Shown here: piece after piece, positions 18,533 through 28,000 of the stretch
Position numbering within the stretch: the stretch's first letter is position 1
Layout of the letters: the number at the start of each line of letters is the position of its first letter
IMG/VR virus record: IMGVR_UViG_3300031992_000005
Location: 160,001-224,000 of that record
Source of the DNA: a virus
DNA length: 64,000 nt
Strand: one strand, 5' to 3'
Translations under genes and position numbers: made by a program
The notes under the pieces: model-generated
Database searches by the model: none
Told to the model about the DNA's origin: nothing
The model's input: the letters and a program-made list of their open reading frames with translations, nothing else

Positions 18533-19630
18533 ATGAACATTACTCATAGATCAATAGCGATAAGAGAAATTTTTGAAGGTTATAAGGACAATCAAGAAGA
18601 AGGTGTTACAGCATTTAATGGAAAATTAAATGTTAGGCCACCTTATCAGAGAGAATTTGTTTATGACGATAAAAAGCGAAATGCCGTCATAGAGACCATT
18701 AAGAAAGGTTTTCCGCTTAATGTTATGTATTGGGCGAAGAATTCAGACGATTCTTATGAAGTTCTTGATGGTCAGCAGAGAACTATTTCATTTTGTCAAT
18801 ACTTAAATGGTGATTTTTCAGTAGATAATTTATATTTTTATAATCTCACTGATGTTGATCAGAGTAAGATATTGAATTATGAAGTAGAAATATACATCTG
18901 CGAAGGGAATGATAAAGAAAGGCTGGATTGGTTTGAGACTATAAATATAGCAGGTGAAAGATTAACCAAACAGGAGCTTAGAAATATTAACTATACTGGA
19001 AAATGGTTATCTGATGCTAAGAGAAAATTCTCAAAGACCAACTGTGTTGCCTATAAAATAGGATCGAAATACTTAAAAGGATCCCCTATTAGACAAGAGT
19101 ACCTGGAGACTGTCTTATCTTGGATAAGTCACGGAGATATTGAAGGTTACATGGCATTCCACCAGAAGGATGATAATGCTTCTGCGCTCTTGGCATATTT
19201 TACTGCTGTAATAGACTGGATTACTAAGGTATTTCCTCCTAAGTATTATCGAAAAGAATTGCAGGGCTTAGATTGGGGAAGATTATACGAAGCTTATCAT
19301 AAAAATGAGTATTCCCCAGAAGAGATGGAGAAGAAAGTAAAGGAGCTAATTTTAGACGATGAAGTGACGAGTAAGAAAGGTATTTTTGAATATCTTTTGT
19401 CAGGCTGTACTAAAGAGTCCTGCCTTAGTCTTAGAAAGTTTTCAGATGCTCAGAAATTAGCGGCTTATGAAAAGCAAAAGGGTATTTGTCCTATTTGCGG
19501 AAAGAAATTTTCTATCGATGATATGGACGGTGATCATATAGTTCCTTGGTCACAGGGAGGAAAGACAACTCCAGATAATCTGCAGCTCTTATGTCGTACC
19601 TGCAATCTGAAAAAGGGAGCAAAAAAATAA
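18533..19630 (+). CDS. DUF262 (GmrS/ParB-like) domain protein fused to C-terminal HNH nuclease
   Basis: RPPYQREFV ... VLDGQQRT (DUF262 signature). The C-terminus is CPICG...DGDHIVPWSQGG...NLQLLCRTCNLKKG (HNH). Confidence 0.8.
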   Translation: MNITHRSIAIREIFEGYKDNQEEGVTAFNGKLNVRPPYQREFVYDDKKRNAVIETIKKGFPLNVMYWAKNSDDSYEVLDGQQRTISFCQYLNGDFSVDNLYFYNLTDVDQSKILNYEVEIYICEGNDKERLDWFETINIAGERLTKQELRNINYTGKWLSDAKRKFSKTNCVAYKIGSKYLKGSPIRQEYLETVLSWISHGDIEGYMAFHQKDDNASALLAYFTAVIDWITKVFPPKYYRKELQGLDWGRLYEAYHKNEYSPEEMEKKVKELILDDEVTSKKGIFEYLLSGCTKESCLSLRKFSDAQKLAAYEKQKGICPICGKKFSIDDMDGDHIVPWSQGGKTTPDNLQLLCRTCNLKKGAKK

Positions 19631-19732
19631 AGCTATTTGTTTGTCATACAATTGGGGGATTGGATAGAAATCTTATCCAAAAGTTCGTTCAATCCCCTAC
19701 TTTTTTGCTTACACATTTGAATTAAACTAAGT

Positions 19733-20365
19733 ATGATAACTTTTAGACCTAAACCTACTGCCACTATAGAACTTTCTTCAACTTCAGTTAAACTGATTCA
19801 GGGTGGTAAATTCTATAAGACCGTTACTAATACAGCTTCTTATCTAAAGAATAACATCTTAGATCCGGAGCTATACAAGGAAAATGTTCTTCCAGCTATA
19901 AAGGAATATGTAAAGATGTCGGGAGTTTCCCCAGACAGGATTAACTGTATTGGTACGGCTGTTTATAGAAATTCCAGGAATATCGATGAAATTAAAGCTA
20001 TAATTCGGAAAGAAACTGGGCTTAGATTACGAGTATTATCTGGAAAGGAAGAGGCAATGCTGCCACTTCAGAAATACATGGGATATACCAAGAAATATGA
20101 CTACGTATTGACTATAGATGCAGGTGGTTTGAGTACGGATATAGCTTGTTCCTCTGATGATTGGATATCGCTGAATGTCGGATCCAGGGACTCCAGTAAG
20201 CTAACGAAAGAACTTCAGAGGCTAGAGAAGGCTTTTGGTTGGTTGAGAAATGAAGATAGTGTTATTATGATAGGACTAGGAAAATTACATAGTTCTCCTA
20301 GGCCAAAATATTTGGTGGAAATCTTAGAGGTTCTTGGAAACCATAAACTTATATTGGAGAGGTGA
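19733..20365 (+). CDS. Ppx/GppA-like ASKHA-fold phosphatase (single N-terminal domain)
   Basis: Phosphate-1-like TIELSSTSVKLI and phosphate-2-like TIDAGGLSTDIA. Confidence 0.5.
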   Translation: MITFRPKPTATIELSSTSVKLIQGGKFYKTVTNTASYLKNNILDPELYKENVLPAIKEYVKMSGVSPDRINCIGTAVYRNSRNIDEIKAIIRKETGLRLRVLSGKEEAMLPLQKYMGYTKKYDYVLTIDAGGLSTDIACSSDDWISLNVGSRDSSKLTKELQRLEKAFGWLRNEDSVIMIGLGKLHSSPRPKYLVEILEVLGNHKLILER

Positions 20366-20385
20366 GTCCATCGCAAAATATATAT

Positions 20386-20458
20386 CGCGGGATGGAGCAG
20401 TTGGTAGCTCGCCAGCCCCATAAGCTGGAGGTCGGGGGTTCGAATCCTTCTCCCGCAA
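20386..20458 (+). tRNA. tRNA-Met (CAT), initiator-like
   Basis: Cloverleaf is CGCGGGA-TG-GAGC/AGTTGGTA/GCTC-G-CCAGC/CCCATAA/GCTGG-AGGTC-GGGGG/TTCGAAT/CCTTC-TCCCGCA-A. It has a C1.A72 mismatch as in bacterial tRNA-fMet. No CCA is encoded. Confidence 0.85.
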
Positions 20459-20537
20459 CTATAATAATTTTTAAGGCCACCCAAATCCTTATAATTGTAC
20501 TAAAATTCAATTTTTTATTAACTTAATTAAAGTGTTT

Positions 20538-21599
20538 ATGAAAAAAATTTTATTTACTTTGGCACTTATTTTAGTAAGTGTATTGGACATTAACGCGCAA
20601 TCAGCACGAGAAGTTTCTTCGGGTGTTTTTGACGGTACTTATGTTGGCGTCAATTTCGGATTATCAAGCAAGACGGTTCAGCCAGGCGGAGGTTGGTTTA
20701 AGCAGACCTTCGAAAATCTCAATACGAACGCAGGAATCCGTCTAGGTAAGTGGATTACTCCTGTTTGGGGTGTGGCTATTGATGCAGATGCTTATTTCCG
20801 GAATGCTCCAGCTCCAAGTACGGGCACCTTTGTTCGAGCAGCAGACTTTACTGCCCTCGCTACAATGAACCTATCTAATCTTATTGGTAGATACAAAGGC
20901 TATCCTAGGACATTTGAAGTTATTCCTGTTGCTGGTTTTGGAATCGGAAAAGTCTTCCGAGAGTCTCATTCAGATCATCCTAAGGTGAAGCGAGGTTATC
21001 TTACTACAAAACTTGGTATTGACTTTGCATGGAACTTAGGAAAAGCGAAGGCTTGGCAATTTTATCTAGAACCTTCCATTAATCATATCCTGAATGCCAA
21101 TAAACACCTGGAATTCAATGTAAATCATTCGTTCCTTCAGGTAAAGGCTGGTGTAGTGTATAAGCTTCCATTCAAGGGTACTGGCCTGCACTACTTCCGA
21201 CTACATGATATTGATTATTACGACGCAAAGGTAGCGGCTCTCCAGAAGGACGTAGAGTATCAGAAGGAGCTCTTGGCCAATAGAAAGGGAGAGGTTGTTC
21301 CTGGGCAAGATCGAGTTGTAAAGATCTCTGATACTTATGTGGTAGAGTTTGCAAAAGATAGCTATGAACTTACCACAGTGGCTAGGGAAACTCTCAGCAA
21401 GATCAAGAAAGGCGTAGCAGTTGATATTACAGCTGGTGCTACCAATGAAGGATCTAGTGAATACAACCTAGTTCTCTCTCAGAATCGAGCAAACATTGTG
21501 GCTGAATATCTTCGCCAGAGAGGTGTAAGAATTGATTCAGTTAAGGGCCTTGGTGCGAGTGAGACAGGTAATCGTATTGCTATTGTCAAGATTAAGTGA
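20538..21599 (+). CDS. OmpA-family outer-membrane protein (beta-barrel + coiled coil + OmpA-like domain)
   Basis: Signal peptide MKKILFTLALILVSVLDINAQ. C-terminal block is NLVLSQNRANIVAEYLRQRGV...NRIAIVKIK. It is visibly richer in G+C than the surrounding genes. Confidence 0.8.
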   Translation: MKKILFTLALILVSVLDINAQSAREVSSGVFDGTYVGVNFGLSSKTVQPGGGWFKQTFENLNTNAGIRLGKWITPVWGVAIDADAYFRNAPAPSTGTFVRAADFTALATMNLSNLIGRYKGYPRTFEVIPVAGFGIGKVFRESHSDHPKVKRGYLTTKLGIDFAWNLGKAKAWQFYLEPSINHILNANKHLEFNVNHSFLQVKAGVVYKLPFKGTGLHYFRLHDIDYYDAKVAALQKDVEYQKELLANRKGEVVPGQDRVVKISDTYVVEFAKDSYELTTVARETLSKIKKGVAVDITAGATNEGSSEYNLVLSQNRANIVAEYLRQRGVRIDSVKGLGASETGNRIAIVKIK

Positions 21600-21822
21600 G
21601 AAATTATGGGGAAGTGATCTAAAGTCACTTCCCTTTCTCTTTATTAAGAATATCATATTTAACATAATAAAACCTTTTAGTGGTCACTGGAACCTAGCCA
21701 CAAACTCGACACTATTAAAGCTCTAATATGCCAAACTATTATCTGGTAATAGGTGTTGGAGTTACAAACAGTTATCTAGGCACGGGGAAGGAGAGGTTGA
21801 CTTCCCCCATTTTTTATATAAC

Positions 21823-22710
21823 ATGGACATCGATTTTGTTATTACTTATGTGGATTGTAATGATCCTGTTTGGCAAGAAACTTATGCCAAGAATGTAAAA
21901 AGAAAATCTTTCAATGCCTCAAGATATAGAAGTTGGGATAACCTAGTTTATCTCTTCAGAGGCGTAGCTAAATTTATGCCTTGGATACGTAACTTATATC
22001 TCGTTGTCCAAAGCGAAAGTCAGGTACCTGCTTGGGTAAATAGAAGTACCGTAAAGGTTATTACACATGATATGATTATACCTAAGAGGTTTCTTCCTAC
22101 ATTTAATTCGTGTACGATAGAAATGTTCTTATGGAAAATTCCAGGTCTTAGTGAGAATTGGATTTATTCAAATGATGATACGTTTCCCATCGGAGACTTA
22201 AAAGAATCTGATTTCTTTGCCTCCAATGGTTATCCTAAGATTCATTTTAAAGGCCCAATGAGATTTAATGATTTTAATCTTTTTAGAAGCCAGTGTAGAT
22301 CTGGAATGGATATCTCGGGAGTTTTCCCAGATGAAAGAAATATTATCATTAAGCCAGATCATATTTTCTTAGCTCATAGGAAATCGACTGGTGAAAGACT
22401 TTATGCTGCTAATAATAGCAGAATTCATGACACAATAACAAAAACTAGACACAGAAAAAACTGTAATCAATATATTTATTCTTACAGTGAATATAGATAT
22501 AAAACTTACATTGATCACAAAATAAATTATATTTATTCTTGTTTCTCACAAACACCACTTAAGAAAATGTTAAGTGCCATTACATCAGGAAAATATCAAG
22601 CAATATGCGTGAACGATGATATGATGGACATTGATTTTGAGTATTATAAAAAATCAATAAATTCTGCTTTCTCAGCTATCCTGGGAGAGAAATCTAAGTA
22701 TGAGATATAA
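21823..22710 (+). CDS. Stealth-family-like capsular sugar-phosphotransferase
   Basis: N-terminal DIDFVITYVDCNDPVWQ resembles Stealth CR1, and IYSNDDTFP resembles CR2. Confidence 0.6.
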   Translation: MDIDFVITYVDCNDPVWQETYAKNVKRKSFNASRYRSWDNLVYLFRGVAKFMPWIRNLYLVVQSESQVPAWVNRSTVKVITHDMIIPKRFLPTFNSCTIEMFLWKIPGLSENWIYSNDDTFPIGDLKESDFFASNGYPKIHFKGPMRFNDFNLFRSQCRSGMDISGVFPDERNIIIKPDHIFLAHRKSTGERLYAANNSRIHDTITKTRHRKNCNQYIYSYSEYRYKTYIDHKINYIYSCFSQTPLKKMLSAITSGKYQAICVNDDMMDIDFEYYKKSINSAFSAILGEKSKYEI

Positions 22711-23038
22711 CGAAGAATATTTAAACATTCCAATTAGTAAAGTAGCAATTGACTTAGCTTATAATAATCACGGGTACAGTGTCTTTTATAACGTATTAAT
22801 GAGAGTAGCTAAGCTATATAAGGGAGGAGATCCCCTCTTATTGAGAAGAATTATTGAAGACATTGCCTTGAAACACTCTAAGAGTATATACTACGGGAAA
22901 ATATGTGGAATATCAGGACAAGATTATTTTCCTAGTAGTATGGCTGAATTCATTCAACATACTCTTCTGAGATACATGGTTGTAGCTGAATTGGAATGGA
23001 ATATTAGTGGCATAATAAGTGAAAGATATGAACGATGA
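22700..23038 (+). CDS. hypothetical protein
   Basis: From the ORF track. It overlaps its neighbours at both ends (operonic). Confidence 0.5.
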   Translation: MRYNEEYLNIPISKVAIDLAYNNHGYSVFYNVLMRVAKLYKGGDPLLLRRIIEDIALKHSKSIYYGKICGISGQDYFPSSMAEFIQHTLLRYMVVAELEWNISGIISERYER

Positions 23039-25028
23039 ACAATATATGTTTGTATTTGATTCGGATGAAGAAAGAATAGCTCACGAAGAGGGAGACACTT
23101 ATACGGAACCATATGTCTCCCTTATTCGGGGAACGGATCAAGTACGTTATAATAGTGAAGGGGTAGAAGTGACTTACTTAATTCCCCAAAATATATGGAA
23201 TGGTCCAGGAATTTATCCTTTCTGGGCTGGAACTACAACGACAGACTACCCTTTTAATAGAATACTGGTTGATGGAAAAGACTCCTATGATATAGAAGAT
23301 CTTAATCCAAAGACCGGGGTTTTTTTTAATACCCCCGGAGTACATACAGTTAGATTTTTCTTAACTGATAAGACATTCTTTGGAAATACTGATAATAAGC
23401 CATTTTTTGAAAATATTCCATTAATGGTTTTAGGGATAAAATTTCCGAATACATTAACTGAAATTGGGGATAATTTATTAGCTGGTAGTGGTCAATACAT
23501 AGAACACCTAGTAATACCAGAAGGAGTTACTACGATAGGAAATCATGCATTTCCCGTTTGTGTAAAATTAAAGTCCCTTAGCCTTCCAAGTACATTAGTA
23601 AGTATTGGTACTGCAGCATTTCTTGCTATGGGATATGAAAATGAATCACCACTAAATATAGTATTACCTAACTCTGTTACTACTATAGGTACCGATTGTT
23701 TTCAGGATGCTAAGATAGGTTCAATTATATTGAGTTCTTCCTTAGAGAGAATTCCAGAGAGAGCATTTATGAATTGTACTTATTTAACAAGAATTGTTAT
23801 CCCTTCTAGTGTAGTTGATATTTTTGATCGTGCTTTTTATGGAGATACTTTACTGAGTACAGTTGAATTGTTTGAGGGAGAATTAGATTATATTGGAGTA
23901 AAGTCTTTTTTCGGGTGTCCAATTAATCGTCTTGTCATACCAGAGGGAGTAATTAGTTTGGGTTCAAATTTCATAACAAGCCATGAGTTAGAAACTTTAG
24001 TAATACCTGACTCTGTTACTGAAATAGATGGAAATTATTCATCACCCCTCTTTAGAGAAGAGGATGAAATTATTGTTCATAATCTAAAAATTGGCTCTGG
24101 ATTTCCATTTACTCACGGGTATACTTTAGGAATTCATCAAGTGGGAACTGTCGAATATAGTGGAAATACTATACCAGACCATTTTATTAGTAATAATTTC
24201 GGTAGTGTTGATGAAATTAAGTTAACAGGTTCTCCAACTACAATTGGAGAGAGTGCTTTTAGAGGATTTTATGGTGAGTACTTAGATTTACCACAGAGTA
24301 TAACTACGCTTGGGAGAGGTGCTTTTAGAGATTGTCCTGATTTGAAGAAGCTTATCATACCCCCATTAGTTACAGAATTACCTCCTGCTTTGTGTATGGG
24401 AAACAATTCCCTTAAAGAAGTTATTTTACCGAGGAACCTAGTATCTATGGGTGATAGTGCATTCTCTGATTGTATTTTTACTGAAATTACCCTACCTAGT
24501 ACGTTAACTTCTATAGGAGTCGAGGCTTTCCCTTATACTTTAAAAACAATAAATATACCAGCTAATATAAATCTACAGTATGTAGGAACTGGATCTTTGA
24601 CTGAAATTAAGTGGTATTCAACTTTAGTCGGTGAAGTATATATAGGAAAAGTATTAATTAAGCCAGTATTAGATTTGCAAGGTAGATATGTAGTCAAAGA
24701 GGGGACGACAAAAATATGTGATAAGACTTTTCAAAACTCAACATCATTGGTACGTGTAACTTTGCCAAGTACCCTAGTAGAGATAGGTGAGCATGCATTT
24801 GCTGGTTGTAGAAATTTATCTATTATAGTAAGCAATGCAGTGGAAGCACCTTTAGCTGAATATAGGGCATTTGGAGATAGCAGAGAAGGATATGCAGGTG
24901 CAGCTGGTAGTGTAAATCCAGGTACTAATAAATTATATGTTCCAATAGATGCAACTGGTTATGATCAAGATGAATGGTCAGTATTAATAAATGAATCTAA
25001 AGGAGGATTTCAAATTATAAATGGCTAA
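23019..25028 (+). CDS. BspA-type leucine-rich-repeat protein, putative tail fibre/receptor-binding protein
   Basis: Many repeats of the form IPEGVTTIGNHAF..C..L.S..LP.S (LRR_5-like). The true start is probably ATG 23028. Confidence 0.75.
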   Translation: MKDMNDEQYMFVFDSDEERIAHEEGDTYTEPYVSLIRGTDQVRYNSEGVEVTYLIPQNIWNGPGIYPFWAGTTTTDYPFNRILVDGKDSYDIEDLNPKTGVFFNTPGVHTVRFFLTDKTFFGNTDNKPFFENIPLMVLGIKFPNTLTEIGDNLLAGSGQYIEHLVIPEGVTTIGNHAFPVCVKLKSLSLPSTLVSIGTAAFLAMGYENESPLNIVLPNSVTTIGTDCFQDAKIGSIILSSSLERIPERAFMNCTYLTRIVIPSSVVDIFDRAFYGDTLLSTVELFEGELDYIGVKSFFGCPINRLVIPEGVISLGSNFITSHELETLVIPDSVTEIDGNYSSPLFREEDEIIVHNLKIGSGFPFTHGYTLGIHQVGTVEYSGNTIPDHFISNNFGSVDEIKLTGSPTTIGESAFRGFYGEYLDLPQSITTLGRGAFRDCPDLKKLIIPPLVTELPPALCMGNNSLKEVILPRNLVSMGDSAFSDCIFTEITLPSTLTSIGVEAFPYTLKTINIPANINLQYVGTGSLTEIKWYSTLVGEVYIGKVLIKPVLDLQGRYVVKEGTTKICDKTFQNSTSLVRVTLPSTLVEIGEHAFAGCRNLSIIVSNAVEAPLAEYRAFGDSREGYAGAAGSVNPGTNKLYVPIDATGYDQDEWSVLINESKGGFQIING

Positions 25029-28000
25029 TAAAAAATATATGCATAGGTTCAGTACTACAGTGGATAGACTGAACTATGAAGATAATCCTACTATCTACAC
25101 CGAGCCTTATCTTAGTGTAGTAGAGGAAAACAAACTAACAGTATATTATAATAAGTCAAGTGCAGAAACTGGATATCTGAAATTTACTCAACTTGGAGAA
25201 GATGGTGGTACAATTGGTATTATTGAAAATAATAATAATATCAACTTAGAATATTCTTTCGATGGGAAAATCTGGATTCCCTTTCCAGTATCTGGGTTAT
25301 TTTTGAATAGTGGTGAAAGTGCTCTCTTAAAGGGAAATAATACTACAATATATCCAGCTAGATTTACAATGACTGGATTAGTGAGAGCCTCTGGTAGTAT
25401 AATGTCTATTCTCTACGGCGAATCTTTCAAAGATAGTACTACTATTCCATCAGAGAATTGTTTTCAAGGATTATTTTCAAACTGTACTTCACTTACTTTT
25501 GCCCCTGAACTTCCCGCTACAACTTTAACGGAAGGTTGTTATGCAGCTATGTTTCAGGGCACTAGTATAACTAATTTCCCAACTTTACCTGCTTCATATG
25601 TACCTAACGGATCTTATGCTAGAATGTTTTTTGACTGTACGAATCTTAGGGGTACTGGTTATATATCAGCTCTAACTAGTGAGGAAAATTCGTTCTTTAG
25701 GATGTTTTCGAGAGCAGGTTTACAAGGGGAATTAACTATAGTTAGACCACCTAATGCTACTTGGCCAGTTGAAGAGTTTATAGGAGAGGGCGTTAATGTA
25801 ACATCAGTTCCAGACGAAAATGATAAGATCCAGGTAAGAAGATTGTATAAGACCGAAACAAAGTATTCTACTGATAATGGTAGTGTAGGAAATTTATACT
25901 ATGACGATGAAGAGTGGTATGAGTATGTAGGAAGACATGTAATCGATGGACATAGCTATTATTTGTGGGAAAAGAATGATAATAGGAGTAGTGGAAGTGA
26001 GCGGAATTCTGTTATGAAGCGTTATGCAATAACAGAAAATAGATACCCTACGTGTGATCTTGAATATCCATATACACCTCTAGGTTTCTTAACAAGCGAT
26101 TTTGATGCTAGTTATTCGGGTCCTGATATTAGTGACACTTTTTTTGTTTACTACGATTCACAAAACGATAGGTTGTATAAAGAGGCACTTAGTTACTTAG
26201 GACCAGACCTAGTAGATTGGTATGAATATTCGAACCCAATTATTATTGATGGGTATACATATCATGCGTGGAAAAAGAAAACTTCTTCTAGGGTCGAGGG
26301 AGAACACCTTATTAACACTGCAGGTACTACACGACCTTCTCATTTCTACCTTTTACTTGATACATTAAACCCTGTATGTAGTGGTAGTAATCCAATTACT
26401 GCATTAGGGTATTTGAGACCTGATCAGTCTATGTATTTTATGAATTCTGGGTCTGATTATATCATCAAGTATGATAGTCGGACGCTAGGTTGGAAAAGAT
26501 GGTGTAGGGCAGAGAACAACGAAACAGGCGCATATGCAGAATTTTTTACAATAGATGGATATAGCATTGAGTATGAGACTTTACGTAGTGTTTTCTTGGA
26601 TCAATTAGACGGTATCGCTGGGATAAAGCTAATTATTGGGTATGAAGGTTTATTAGATATTAATCTTGAGTTATTAGGGCTTTCTAGTCTAGTAAAAGAT
26701 TTAGTCCTAGTTGGTTCTCTAAAAAGTTGTAAAATACCTGGCATTAATTCACTACAGACATTAAATCTAGAAAATTCATCTATAACCGATCTTAATATTT
26801 CAAGTGGAAGTACTAATCTAAGAAGTATTGTTTTTCCACCTAACTTAGAGTTTATTGGAAGTATTAAGGAAACTGCGATGAGTGAGCTTGTAATACCTCC
26901 TACTGTAAAATATATAAGTTCTCATGCCTTTACGGGAAGCACACGTTTAAATAATGTGGTTTTATCAAGTGGATTGTCTGGTATTGGATCTGAAGCATTT
27001 GAAGGGTGTACTTCATTGGAAGAAATTGTTATTCCGAGAAGTGTTATTTATTTAGGGACAAACTTATTTTCTGATAGTGGGTTAAAAACTGTAGTTGTTA
27101 ATGCAAGTATTAAGTCTCTTCTTAAAGTCTTTAATGATTGCCCTAATTTATCCCAAGTAACTCTACCAGAGTGTTTGGAAAACATAGGTAACTATTGTTT
27201 TAGTTACTGTACTCAACTGACGAGTATTAATCTACCTAATGGATTAAATAGTCTAGATGACCATGCATTTTCGGCTTCAGGAATTACATCTATACAAATA
27301 CCCCCTCAGGTTAATGTTATAGGTAGTAGTGTTTTCTATGATTGCTCTGAACTTACCGATGTAGAGATACAGACTACCAATAATACTGTCGAGGTCCAAA
27401 AGAATGCTTTTTATAACTGTACTAAATTGACGCATATTAATTTAGAAAAATTAACAACTATAGACGAATATGCATTCTGTAATTGTAATAGTTTAACTTC
27501 TGTTAATTTAGAGAAAATTTCTACAATTAAGGCCAATGCTTTTGCGAGGTGTACTTCTTTAACCGATGTTAGCATTTCATCTCCAGTAACTAGAGTAATC
27601 TCCAGTAATACTATCTTTCCTAACTGTGATAATATAAAAACAGTTTATATCAATTGTACAAACTTTAGTACTTCAATTTTTTCCACAACTTCATTGAATA
27701 GTGTGGAGGAAGTTATACTTGGAACTAAGTGTTCATCTATTCCTGGAAAATTTACTAACTTCGCTAATCTTAGGTCTGTCATAATACAAGGAAATCTAAT
27801 AAGGTCTTTAGGTTTAAATTTATTTAAGGGTTGTACTAATCTGACCTCGCTTGAGATACCATCTTCTGTTACGAGTATTGGGTCTAATGCTTTTAAGGAA
27901 AGCGGTTTAGAAGAAATAACTATTCCAGATTCAGTAAAAACTATATCTTCTCATGCTTTCGACGGATGTACTAGTTTGGCGAGAGTTAGTGTTGGATCTG

